The translations under genes and the position numbers were made by a program. Shown here in pieces: positions 1 to 8,295 of a stretch of 40,358 nucleotides of DNA; within the stretch, counting starts at the first letter, position 1, and the number at the start of each line of letters is the position of its first letter. The DNA comes from a virus (lineage: Duplodnaviria; Caudoviricetes). The notes under the pieces were generated by a model. It searched no databases and had not been told where the DNA came from. It worked only from the letters and a program-made list of their open reading frames with translations. Location of the stretch: the IMG/VR virus record IMGVR_UViG_3300036805_000147, positions 1-40,358 of that record, one strand, 5' to 3'.

Positions 1-127
1 ATGTGCTGACGAGTTGAACGAGAGTGAGCGGTTCTTCGCGAAGGTCGACCGGTCCGGCGGCCAAGACTCCTGTCACCCTTGGACGGCGTCGACGGACCGA
101 GCCGGCTACGGCTGGTTCTGGTTCGAC
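1..127. repeat. 127-bp terminal direct repeat, identical to 40232-40358; circular assembly overlap
   Basis: Exact identity of the first and last 127 nt. The tail gene 38851-40248 runs through the junction into the HNH gene. 127 is a common assembler k-mer size. Confidence 0.95.
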
Positions 128-451
128 GGGCGGCCGCGCAAGGCAACGCGCTGGGTCATGGGTCATGTCCTCGGCCGTCGCCTTCAGGTTCATGAATGGG
201 TACTGCACCACTGTGACAACCCGACATGCTGCAACCCGAGGCACCTGTACATCGGCGATGCAGCCGATAACGCACATGATCGGGACAGCCGTGGTCGTGC
301 CGGAACTAATGGCTACGACCTGCGGACGCACTGTGAGCATGGGCATCCGTTCGACACTGTGAACACCTACGTGGACCCACGCGGGTTCCGGCAGTGCCGC
401 GAGTGCAGGCGTCAGGCTCGGCGCCGTTATCAGATGAGGCGAGCGGCATGA
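14..451 (+). CDS. HNH homing endonuclease
   Basis: VLHHCDNPTCCNPRHL HNH motif, N-terminal RFFAKVD..CHPW..GYG and C-terminal HCEHGH..CRECRR. The TTG start overlaps the upstream stop (TTGA) and the stop overlaps the next start (ATGA). Confidence 0.9.
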   Translation: MNESERFFAKVDRSGGQDSCHPWTASTDRAGYGWFWFDGRPRKATRWVMGHVLGRRLQVHEWVLHHCDNPTCCNPRHLYIGDAADNAHDRDSRGRAGTNGYDLRTHCEHGHPFDTVNTYVDPRGFRQCRECRRQARRRYQMRRAA

Positions 452-1590
452 GGCCCGTGTCGGCTCGGTTCCTGGCTGCCGTGGCCAACGGCGGCTCCTA
501 CCGCCTGGCCGTGCGTGCCCGGGTGGTCAGCCCCGGGCAGAACGGCATCGCACCCACCGACATGCTGGCCACGCTGGACCTGTCGGCCGATGGCACCGGT
601 GGCGCGGTCACGTTCGACTCCACCGCCGACGTGCTCGCCACGCTGGACCTGACCACCACGGCTGCCTTCTTCCCGAAGACGCCGAGCGACCCGCTCACCC
701 CGTACGGCAATGAGCTGTTCATCGAACGCGGCGTGGTCTACGGGGATGGGTCCCGCGAGTGGGTGTCGCTGGGCTACTTCCGCATCAACTCCGTGCAGCA
801 GCAGCAGTTCGGCGTCAACGTCGACGTGACCGCCACGGACCGGATGCAGGGCATCATCGACGCCCGGATACCGAGCCCGTTGACCTTCGCGGCCGGTACG
901 CCCGTGGTCGACGTGATCGGCTCACTGGTCGAGGACGTCTACGACTGGGCGGAGTTCGATCTGGACGCCAGCCTGACCGGGAAGACACTGGCCAGCGCGC
1001 AGGTCACCACCGACGACCGGTACGGCTTCCTCAACACCCTGATCACCTCCTACGGACTGGTGTTCTTTTGGGACTACCGGGGAATCTTCGTCGCCAAGCC
1101 ACCACCGGACCCCTCGGAACCGGTGGTGCGTATCAAGTCCGGTCAGGGTGGCGTGCTGACGTCGCTGTCCCGGACGCTGAACCGCGACGGAGTCAGCAAC
1201 GGGGTCATGGCGTCGGGCGAGCAGCTTGACGACACCATCCCGCCGGTCTCGGCGCTCGTGGTGGATACCGACCCGAACTCCCCGACGTGGTGGGATGGCC
1301 CGTTCGGGCACGTGATCCAGTTCTATTCCTCGCCGCTGCTGACCACCAACGCGCAGTGCGTCAGCGCGGGTACCTCGATCCTGGTGCAGTCCACCGGGCT
1401 GCCCTACAACGTCGACTTTGGACAGGTACCCAATCCGGCGTTGGAAGCTCTGGACCCGGTGCAGATCATGTTCCCGGGCAAGCGGGAGCTTCACGTGCTC
1501 GCGCAGCTCGTGATCCCGCTGGACGCGGCCACCGCGCAGACCGCGCAGACGCGCCAGTTCGTATCGGGGGTGTTCGGCCGTGTCGGATAG
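448..1590 (+). CDS. minor tail / baseplate hub protein (DUF5047-like)
   Basis: MRPVSARFLAAV N-terminus and PYGNELFIERGV..LGYFRI are typical of actinophage hub proteins. It follows the distal tail gene; ATG at 448 overlaps the HNH stop. Confidence 0.8.
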   Translation: MRPVSARFLAAVANGGSYRLAVRARVVSPGQNGIAPTDMLATLDLSADGTGGAVTFDSTADVLATLDLTTTAAFFPKTPSDPLTPYGNELFIERGVVYGDGSREWVSLGYFRINSVQQQQFGVNVDVTATDRMQGIIDARIPSPLTFAAGTPVVDVIGSLVEDVYDWAEFDLDASLTGKTLASAQVTTDDRYGFLNTLITSYGLVFFWDYRGIFVAKPPPDPSEPVVRIKSGQGGVLTSLSRTLNRDGVSNGVMASGEQLDDTIPPVSALVVDTDPNSPTWWDGPFGHVIQFYSSPLLTTNAQCVSAGTSILVQSTGLPYNVDFGQVPNPALEALDPVQIMFPGKRELHVLAQLVIPLDAATAQTAQTRQFVSGVFGRVG

Positions 1591-2278
1591 CTTGGGTCCT
1601 CTGTTCCTTCCACCGCCCAACGGGCCGGCGCTGCCGGCACAGTTCCGTCAGGCCGTGCTTGTCAGCTTTGACGCCAACACGGGAAACAATTCTGTCCTGA
1701 TCGGACAGACAACGGTGACTAACCTGCCGATGTTGGTGACAGGAGCGGAAATCGGGCTTGAGGACGGCGACAACATTCTCGTCATGTACCTCGGGTCTAC
1801 CGCGATGATCGTGGGCAAGATCGCCACCCCCGGCAGTGCCAACTACGGCGCATCCAACCTGGCCCGGGCGGGGTTCGTGGCGAACGCCTCCAACTGGGCC
1901 GTGACCACGTCCGGCACCACGGTCATCACGGACACTTCGATCACCGTACCTACTTGGGCGAACAGCGCACAGGTGATCGCATTTGGCGGGGCCTCTACAC
2001 ATAATTCGTTGGGAACTTTGGACAACTGGTCGTCGGCCATATTGATTAACATGCCGGGCGCGCTACAGGCAAACTCCGCTGAAATCACAACGGCGGTCAC
2101 TTCCACGCAGATCGGACAGACGTTCGCACAGTTCGGTGACGTCATATTCGTAGTACCAGGTGCGACAATGACATTCGAATATGCAATTATCTCGGGTGGC
2201 GGGACGTGGGCGGCACGGACCGACAACATCGCGACACTGTTCGTTGCGGTCGAGTTTTTCAGGGAGAGCGTGCAATGA
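1580..2278 (+). CDS. minor tail protein
   Basis: Position after the hub gene, beta-rich Thr/Ala sequence, coupled overlaps. Confidence 0.65.
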   Translation: MSDSLGPLFLPPPNGPALPAQFRQAVLVSFDANTGNNSVLIGQTTVTNLPMLVTGAEIGLEDGDNILVMYLGSTAMIVGKIATPGSANYGASNLARAGFVANASNWAVTTSGTTVITDTSITVPTWANSAQVIAFGGASTHNSLGTLDNWSSAILINMPGALQANSAEITTAVTSTQIGQTFAQFGDVIFVVPGATMTFEYAIISGGGTWAARTDNIATLFVAVEFFRESVQ

Positions 2279-2592
2279 CCACAAGGCACTACATCACCAG
2301 GCCTACGGTATTTCACACCGTTCAGTGGGACGGAACAAATATCGCGGAGTTGCATTCCGTTTTTCCGGAGGTGTCCTTCACGGACAACGGTGACGGAACA
2401 GTGTCTTACCCGGAAGGCACAGGTGGTTTGTTCAACCCGCCACCGCAGGTAACCGCTACCGCCGGCCAGTGGATTTCCTCGGACGCAACGGGGACAGTCA
2501 ACGGTCCAACCGATGACGATCTCCTACTCGGAGACCAGCAAGTTCCATCCGCAGGCCCGCTCGATTACACCGTGAACGAGGTGACCCCGTAA
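2275..2592 (+). CDS. hypothetical protein in tail module
   Basis: ATGA overlap at 2275; VQWDGTN motif seen in small phage proteins. Confidence 0.6.
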   Translation: MTTRHYITRPTVFHTVQWDGTNIAELHSVFPEVSFTDNGDGTVSYPEGTGGLFNPPPQVTATAGQWISSDATGTVNGPTDDDLLLGDQQVPSAGPLDYTVNEVTP

Positions 2593-3188
2593 TGGCGAGC
2601 ACGACCACGAACCGTGGATACCCGTTCCTCCAGCTCGGTGACATGCCCGACATCGCCGGGGGTTTGGAAGACCTGGCCAACGCGGTCGATGCCGACGTGA
2701 CCTCGATCGTCGGCGACATCGCGACCAACGCGCAGCGCGCCACGATCCTCGCCGCCATCTACGGCAGCGCGGTCGAGGTATCCACGCAGACCAGCGCCAA
2801 CGCCACCACCACGGCCACCAGCAACGCCGCGATGACCGTGGCCGCCGTGATCGTGGGGCATTCGTTCGTCGCGTGCCCATCGGGGAAGGTGCGGCTCGTG
2901 TGGGGTGGCACGGCGCTGCACTCGCTGGCATCCGGGTCGACGATCGTGTGCGGTGCTGCGGTCGCGGACGGCGGCACGGTCGGGTCGGGCACTGTCGAGT
3001 CCGACGCCGCTGATGTGGCGTCGTGGCAGGTGAACGGTACCGAGGCGAAACCAGCGGAGCGGACGCGGATCGTGACCGGGCTGACCCCGGGGAACACGTA
3101 CAACTGTTTCATCAAGTGGCGGGAAACCGGCGGCGGAACGGCTACCTGTATTGACCCGTTCATCATCTCCAGCCCCGAACCCGTGTAA
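2592..3188 (+). CDS. minor tail / tail fibre-like protein
   Basis: N-terminal TTTNRGYPF..D.PD....LEDLANAVDAD tail-attachment-like motif; C-terminal VTGLTPGNTY beta-sandwich. Confidence 0.65.
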   Translation: MASTTTNRGYPFLQLGDMPDIAGGLEDLANAVDADVTSIVGDIATNAQRATILAAIYGSAVEVSTQTSANATTTATSNAAMTVAAVIVGHSFVACPSGKVRLVWGGTALHSLASGSTIVCGAAVADGGTVGSGTVESDAADVASWQVNGTEAKPAERTRIVTGLTPGNTYNCFIKWRETGGGTATCIDPFIISSPEPV

Positions 3189-3208
3189 CAGTCCCGAAAG
3201 GACACGTA

Positions 3209-3880
3209 GTGGCGACAGTCGTTTTCTTCACACCCCACCAGGATGACGAGACCCTGGCTATGGGTCCGGCTGTGCGGGATCATCTCGAGGCCGGGCATGA
3301 CGTGCATGTGGTGATCCTCACGAACGGCGAGGGATCGGCGGTGTTCAACGAGTTGAGCCTGACGGAGGAGGAGTTCGCGGCGGCCCGGGACGACGAGTTG
3401 GCGCGTGCGGCCCGGCAGATCGGCGTGCGGTCGGCCAACATCCACTTCCCGGCCGGCCGTCCGGCGGGCGGCGCGCTGACCGTGGACATCGCACTGGGCT
3501 ACATGCGCGACTTCTACACGCAGTTCCCGGGCGCGTGGTGCAAGGCGTACAGCCCGCTGACGTTCCCCGGCCGGCACCCCGATCACGTGGCCAGCGGCCA
3601 GGCCGCCATGCAGTTGCTGGCCGACGGCACGGCACCGAACCTGCGCTGCTACGTGGAGCCGTGGCCGGCCGCGCTGTCGGCGTTCCGGGCGGCCAACCCC
3701 ACGGTCAATCTCGGCGCCGAGACGGCCACCGCCACGCAGGCGGTGCTGCGCGGTTTCGACCAGTACGGCTATCGGGACAACGCGGCCGGCATGTACGGGA
3801 TCGGCCACCTGTCGGTCGGTGGCGAGTTCGACGAGATGCGGCCCGCGCCGACGTCCTACTACCACGTGCCGGTCGCGTGA
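3209..3880 (+). CDS. PIG-L/LmbE family N-acetylhexosamine deacetylase
   Basis: PHQDDE metal-binding motif, LTNGE, R.DEL..A and HPDH motifs; SD GAAGGA upstream of GTG. Confidence 0.9.
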   Translation: MATVVFFTPHQDDETLAMGPAVRDHLEAGHDVHVVILTNGEGSAVFNELSLTEEEFAAARDDELARAARQIGVRSANIHFPAGRPAGGALTVDIALGYMRDFYTQFPGAWCKAYSPLTFPGRHPDHVASGQAAMQLLADGTAPNLRCYVEPWPAALSAFRAANPTVNLGAETATATQAVLRGFDQYGYRDNAAGMYGIGHLSVGGEFDEMRPAPTSYYHVPVA

Positions 3881-3928
3881 GAACCTACAGTTAGATAGAG
3901 CTTGAGGAGGCAGCGGTGAGGCGGCGAT

Positions 3929-4126
3929 GTGGGTGACCTGGCGAACCTGCTCATCGGCATCGGCACCATGCTCACCGGGATAGCCGCCGTGGGCGCGCTG
4001 TTCGTCGTCCCGAGGCGCTCCGACCGCGAGTCACGCAAGGCCGCGTCCATCGCGGTCGACGCCACACAGCAGGAACCACCCGACAACGTCACTCCGATCG
4101 AGCCGAAGCCGAAGGCCAAGCCATGA
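3929..4126 (+). CDS. small single-pass membrane protein (lysis cassette)
   Basis: N-terminal hydrophobic helix; ATGA overlap with the next gene. Confidence 0.6.
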   Translation: MGDLANLLIGIGTMLTGIAAVGALFVVPRRSDRESRKAASIAVDATQQEPPDNVTPIEPKPKAKP

Positions 4127-4962
4127 CTGACAAGGACACGATCGTCGAGCGGGCTGTGCGTGAGGCGCGGGACCCGGCATGGCGGCGCCGCAATTGGGCC
4201 GTCGTCGTCGTGCTGGTGGTCGCGGTCGCGGTCGGCACGTGGTCGATCGTCAACCTGTACGTGCACACGCAGCAGAACGCGGCCGAGCAGTCGATGGCGG
4301 CGGACGCGGCGCAGCGGCTGGCCGAGCAGGTGCGCCAGCTCGGCGGCCGGCCGGTCGTGCAGCCGCCGACGCCGATCGCTGGCACCCCGGGAGCACCCGG
4401 TCAGCCAGGAGCGGCCGGCCGGGGCATCACCGGCACGCAGATCACGGGCGGGCACCTGATCGTCGCCTACACCGACGGCCGCACCCAAGACGTCGGCCAG
4501 GTCGTCGGGAAGGCGGGCGCGGCCGGCGCCAACGGGCGTGGCATCACGTCGACGAGCATCACCGGCGGCCACCTGATGGTGTCCTATACCGACCACACGA
4601 CCGCTGATCTCGGCGTGATCGTCGGCCCGAAGGGCGAACCGGGCCGCAGCGTGGTGTCGGTGTCGGCGTCCGCTGACTTCCACTTGATCATCGCCTACAG
4701 CGATGGCACGACGATGGATGCCGGGCCGCTCCCGGCCGGGCCGCCCGGCGCCACGGGAGCGACTGGTGCCACCGGCGCGCAGGGCGAGAAGGGCGACCCC
4801 GGTCCGGCGTGCCCCGACGGTTACACCGCACGCGCGGCCGTGATCACCGAGCCGGACGGCACGCAACACGCGGGGATCGCCTGCGTGGCCGACGACGACA
4901 CGACCACCACCACGACGCCGGCCCCGTCCGGCGTGGTGCCTAACATCATCGGAGGACACTGA
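4123..4962 (+). CDS. membrane-anchored collagen-like repeat protein
   Basis: N-terminal TM helix, Gly-X-Y runs, three GR(G/S)..I/V...HL...Y.D units. Confidence 0.8.
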   Translation: MTDKDTIVERAVREARDPAWRRRNWAVVVVLVVAVAVGTWSIVNLYVHTQQNAAEQSMAADAAQRLAEQVRQLGGRPVVQPPTPIAGTPGAPGQPGAAGRGITGTQITGGHLIVAYTDGRTQDVGQVVGKAGAAGANGRGITSTSITGGHLMVSYTDHTTADLGVIVGPKGEPGRSVVSVSASADFHLIIAYSDGTTMDAGPLPAGPPGATGATGATGAQGEKGDPGPACPDGYTARAAVITEPDGTQHAGIACVADDDTTTTTTPAPSGVVPNIIGGH

Positions 4963-4963
4963 C

Positions 4964-5674
4964 ATGACCGCCTTCCGCTACTTCCGGGAGAACCCGAACA
5001 ACCCCTACCGGCTGGGCCGGCACCAGGTGCACGACGCCCTGGACGCGCTGCCCGAACGGCAGCTCGAGCGGTTCGTGGACCTGCTCAAGCCCATCAAGAC
5101 CGTGACCCACGCCGAAACGCAGCCGGTGTTCGACCAGGGCAACCTCGGCTCGTGCACGGCGAACGCCGCCCTGGGCTGCCTGGTGACCGCGCCGTTCGCG
5201 AAGCCGGGCGTCTCCTACACCGAGGACGACGCGGTCGCCCTGTACGAACTGGAGACGAAGCTCGACGACTCGCAGATCCCCGGCGAGTATCCGCCCGACG
5301 ACACCGGTAGCTCGGGTCCGTGGTCGATGCAGGCGCTGGAGAAGCAGGGCAAGGTCGCGAGCTTCCAGCACTCCCGCAACGTCCACGTGTCCCTGGTGGC
5401 GTTGGGCGATGGGCCGATCTCCATCGGCATCCCCTGGTACCAGTCGATGTTCCAGTTGGACCCGGCCGGGCGGATCGTCGTCGACCAGGACTCCGGTGTC
5501 GCGGGCGGCCACCAGGTGTGCATCGTGGCCTGCGACATCACGGCGAAGGTGGTGACGGTCCGGAACTCGTGGGGCACGTCGTGGGGCAAGCAGGGCCACG
5601 CCACGCTGGCCTGGGACGACCTGACCGTCCTGTTCGCTCAGGGCGGCGACACGGTTCAGCCGGTGGTGGCGTGA
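4964..5674 (+). CDS. papain-like (C1) cysteine peptidase
   Basis: DQGNLGSCTANA (Gln and catalytic Cys), GGHQV (His) and RNSWGTSWG (Asn) motifs. Confidence 0.9.
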   Translation: MTAFRYFRENPNNPYRLGRHQVHDALDALPERQLERFVDLLKPIKTVTHAETQPVFDQGNLGSCTANAALGCLVTAPFAKPGVSYTEDDAVALYELETKLDDSQIPGEYPPDDTGSSGPWSMQALEKQGKVASFQHSRNVHVSLVALGDGPISIGIPWYQSMFQLDPAGRIVVDQDSGVAGGHQVCIVACDITAKVVTVRNSWGTSWGKQGHATLAWDDLTVLFAQGGDTVQPVVA

Positions 5675-5782
5675 TGGTCGACAACCAGCACAAGCAGATC
5701 AGCGGCTGTCGCGAAGACGCACTTCGAGGAAGGGTTCTCCGCGTTCGTGCGCGCGGTGGCCCAGCCGGAGCAGAGGTTCTGA
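5674..5782 (+). pseudogene. acb2: internally deleted Acb2-like anti-CBASS nucleotide sponge remnant
   Basis: ATG 5674 reads MVDNQHKQISG. The +1 frame from 5702 reads AAVAKTHFEEGFSAFVRAVAQPEQRF-stop (TGA 5780-5782, overlapping the next ATG). Both ends resemble Acb2 termini as I recall them. Confidence 0.75.
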
Positions 5783-5997
5783 TGGCCCGGATCAACGAGC
5801 CACCGGCCGACGTGATCGTCGGCATGGTGCGTGGCCAGTGGCCGGTCCAGACGTTCACTGTCGACCAGCACGCGATTGTGTGGGCGCAGCAGGCACCCGC
5901 CGGTGAAGTCAGGTACCTCTGGCGCGCTCGGCTCACGGATCTGGTGCCGCTGGAAGTGGTGTCACCTGGCCCGGCGACGCTGGTCGAGGTGCCCTGA
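5782..5997 (+). CDS. hypothetical protein (71 aa)
   Basis: TGATG overlap with the acb2 remnant stop; MARINEPPADVIVG... Confidence 0.6.
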   Translation: MARINEPPADVIVGMVRGQWPVQTFTVDQHAIVWAQQAPAGEVRYLWRARLTDLVPLEVVSPGPATLVEVP

Positions 5998-6043
5998 TGT
6001 TGGTTGGCGACGTTGCCGATGGCGCCAGACGGGAGGGGACGTG

Positions 6044-6997
6044 ATGCTGGTCGACGTCTCGCACTTCAACACCGACCGTGGCCCGATCAACTGGGCGGCG
6101 GCGAACCGGTCGATCGACGGCGTCTACATGAAGATCACCGAGGGCCTGTCCCTCGTGGACCCGGCATGGCAGGCCGACTACACCGGTGCCGGCGGGCAGT
6201 CCATTCCGCGCGGCCCGTACCACTTCGCCGACCTCGGTTCGGCCACGGCCGAGGCCGACCACTTCGCCGACCAGGTGCTGCTCCGCGTGTGGGAGTTGGT
6301 GCCGGTGCTGGATATCGAGAAGACCGGCGCCACCGCGGCGTGGTTGAAGGCGTTCCGGGCGCGGTTCCGGGCGCGCATGTCGGCGGCCGGCAGATCGACC
6401 CGGTTCCGCGTGTACACGTCGTTCTCGTTCCTGCAAGGCGCCCTGGCGCCGGGCGGCTGGGTGGATGCGGCGTCGACGATCTGGGCCGCCCGCTACGCCG
6501 CGACGCTCGGGTTCGACCATCCGCAGCTCGTCCTGTGGCAGAACACCTCGACCGCCACCCTGGCCGGGTTCGTGGGGTCGGTGGACGAGGACCAGTACCA
6601 GCACGGCTGGACACCAGCCGCCGACACCACCCCGAAACCGGAGGCACCCGACGTGAACCTCACCGACCCGCTGTCCTACACCGACCGCGACACAGGCACC
6701 GTCACCAAAACCACCGTGCAGGATGCACTCGCCGCGGCGCACTCCCTGTTCACTCAGCTCACCAAGGGCAACGGCAACCCCGGTGGTGGCCCGGCCGGCT
6801 GGTGGGTCACCGGCTACCTCAACCCCGACCACGCGACTCTGGCCGACCTGTCCGACAAGCTCGACGGGCTCGCCACCGCCGTCACCGGTCTGATCAACGC
6901 CCTGGCCGACGTGCAGGCCAAGGTCGACGCCACGCAGCCCGACACCCTCACCGGGCAGGCCACCGTCACCGTCGCACTCAACCCGCCCAGCGCGTAG
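6044..6997 (+). CDS. GH25 muramidase endolysin
   Basis: DVSHFN, MKITEG, GPYHF, PVLDIE, IWAARY, LWQ..S and VDED motifs; coiled-coil-like C-terminus; SD GGAGG. Confidence 0.92.
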   Translation: MLVDVSHFNTDRGPINWAAANRSIDGVYMKITEGLSLVDPAWQADYTGAGGQSIPRGPYHFADLGSATAEADHFADQVLLRVWELVPVLDIEKTGATAAWLKAFRARFRARMSAAGRSTRFRVYTSFSFLQGALAPGGWVDAASTIWAARYAATLGFDHPQLVLWQNTSTATLAGFVGSVDEDQYQHGWTPAADTTPKPEAPDVNLTDPLSYTDRDTGTVTKTTVQDALAAAHSLFTQLTKGNGNPGGGPAGWWVTGYLNPDHATLADLSDKLDGLATAVTGLINALADVQAKVDATQPDTLTGQATVTVALNPPSA

Positions 6998-7024
6998 CCG
7001 CGCACCACCGGAAGGACTCCGATC

Positions 7025-7432
7025 ATGTCCCTGCTCCAGAGACTCAAGGGCCTACTCACCCTCGAACCGGCCGTGGCCGCCTGGGTCGCCAGCGGCGGCC
7101 TGGCCGCCATCCTGATCACCGCGCTGCACGTCAACCCGGTGGTCGCCGCGTCGATCGCCACGATCGTCTCGGGCGCCGCCACGATCTACACCGCGGTGAC
7201 GGCCCGGCCGATCGCCGTGTCGATGCTCGTCGGCGCGCTGGCCACCGGTGCGACCGCCCTGGCCGGATTCGGGCTGCACCTGTCGCCGGACGCGATCGCC
7301 GCCGGTGCGGCGATCCTGTCCACCGTGCTGGGCCTCGTGTTCCGGGCCAACCTGACGCCGGCGGTGAAGCTCAAGCAGCCCAAGCCGGGTGCGGACGGCG
7401 TGTACCGCGCGGCCGAGGCGGTCACCCGGTGA
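7025..7432 (+). CDS. holin
   Basis: Multiple TM helices, LEPA N-terminal and RANLTP C-terminal motifs, directly after the endolysin. Confidence 0.8.
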   Translation: MSLLQRLKGLLTLEPAVAAWVASGGLAAILITALHVNPVVAASIATIVSGAATIYTAVTARPIAVSMLVGALATGATALAGFGLHLSPDAIAAGAAILSTVLGLVFRANLTPAVKLKQPKPGADGVYRAAEAVTR

Positions 7433-7488
7433 CCCGCGAGGGCGGTGTCAGCGGCAACTGAGCGGCCGTCGACCCCCAGCGGCGGCCA

Positions 7489-7541
7489 GCGCCCCCGTAG
7501 CTCCCCGGCAGGTGGTGTCCGGGTAGAGCTACGGGGGTGCG
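7489..7541. terminator. probable bidirectional terminator hairpin
   Basis: CCCCCGTAGCTC...GAGCTACGGGGG stem between convergent genes. Confidence 0.65.
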
Positions 7542-7574
7542 TCGGCGTCCGTGCCGGCCACTACCCGGTACGGG

Positions 7575-7766
7575 CTACAGCTCGATCGGTTCGCCGATCA
7601 CGCCGCCGGTCTCGTCCCGCTGCGCCCAGTGCAGCTTGGGCTGGCCGGACGGGTCGAGGAACGTGATCCACGAGTGGCCGTCGTCGGTGGTGCCTTCGAT
7701 CCAGCCGGACCACTTCTCGTGCACGGTGTCCGGCGCGGAGTAGCGGCCGATGGTGACGTTGGACAT
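7575..7766 (-). CDS. hypothetical protein (63 aa)
   Basis: SD GAAGGAG upstream; protein-like composition (WSGWIEG..WITF). Confidence 0.7.
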   Translation of the reverse strand: MSNVTIGRYSAPDTVHEKWSGWIEGTTDDGHSWITFLDPSGQPKLHWAQRDETGGVIGEPIEL

Positions 7767-7925
7767 GACGGTCTCCTTCGCAACGCAGTGATCAGGTTGC
7801 GAGGCTCGTCCCGCCTCGTGGGAAGACTACCGCTTGTTGACGCGGCCCCGGCTGTCCGCTTCCCGTCGGATGACCGGGGCCGCTCGCCGCGTACCCAATA
7901 GTGGTAGGCGCGCGACACCCTGCGG

Positions 7926-8186
7926 TCAGCCGCGCCTGGCCAGCTTCCGTTTGCAGTCCGGGCAGGCATGCTCCGGGTCGGCGGGCCGGTTTTGGGCCGC
8001 TGCCTTGAATCCCCAGCCGGGGTCCATCGGCGTGTACCGGGCGCCGCACAGGGCGGCGACGTCGCCGTCTTCCTGCTCGGTGCCGTAGTGGGCGCCGCCG
8101 TCGCTGATGGTCTGCGTCCACCAGCCGGCCTTGGACCGGGGCGGCACTTCGGACTGGACCGCTTCCGCCTTGACTCGCACCGCCAT
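7926..8186 (-). CDS. small putative zinc-binding protein
   Basis: H..ALCG...CPDC ligands; SD GGGGAG; divergent from GntR. Confidence 0.7.
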   Translation of the reverse strand: MAVRVKAEAVQSEVPPRSKAGWWTQTISDGGAHYGTEQEDGDVAALCGARYTPMDPGWGFKAAAQNRPADPEHACPDCKRKLARRG

Positions 8187-8227
8187 CAGCTCCCCGAGAT
8201 TAATCGATCACTGCTGGTGACACTGTA

Positions 8228-8295
8228 ATACCTCACAAGACCTCACGTAACGTTATCAGACGTTAACGCAGGTCAGGGGTGGTTACTGTGATCAC
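8228..8295. promoter_or_regulatory. divergent promoter with four 10-bp-phased repeats and a leaderless -10 element
   Basis: ACCTCAC (8230, 8240) and ACGTTA (8250, 8260); TACTGT lies 6 nt before the GntR ATG. Confidence 0.55.

Noticed and set aside
5320-5997. 225-aa ORF as one real gene
   Set aside because: Its first half overlaps the C1 peptidase out of frame. The rest is explained by the acb2 remnant plus the gene starting at 5782.
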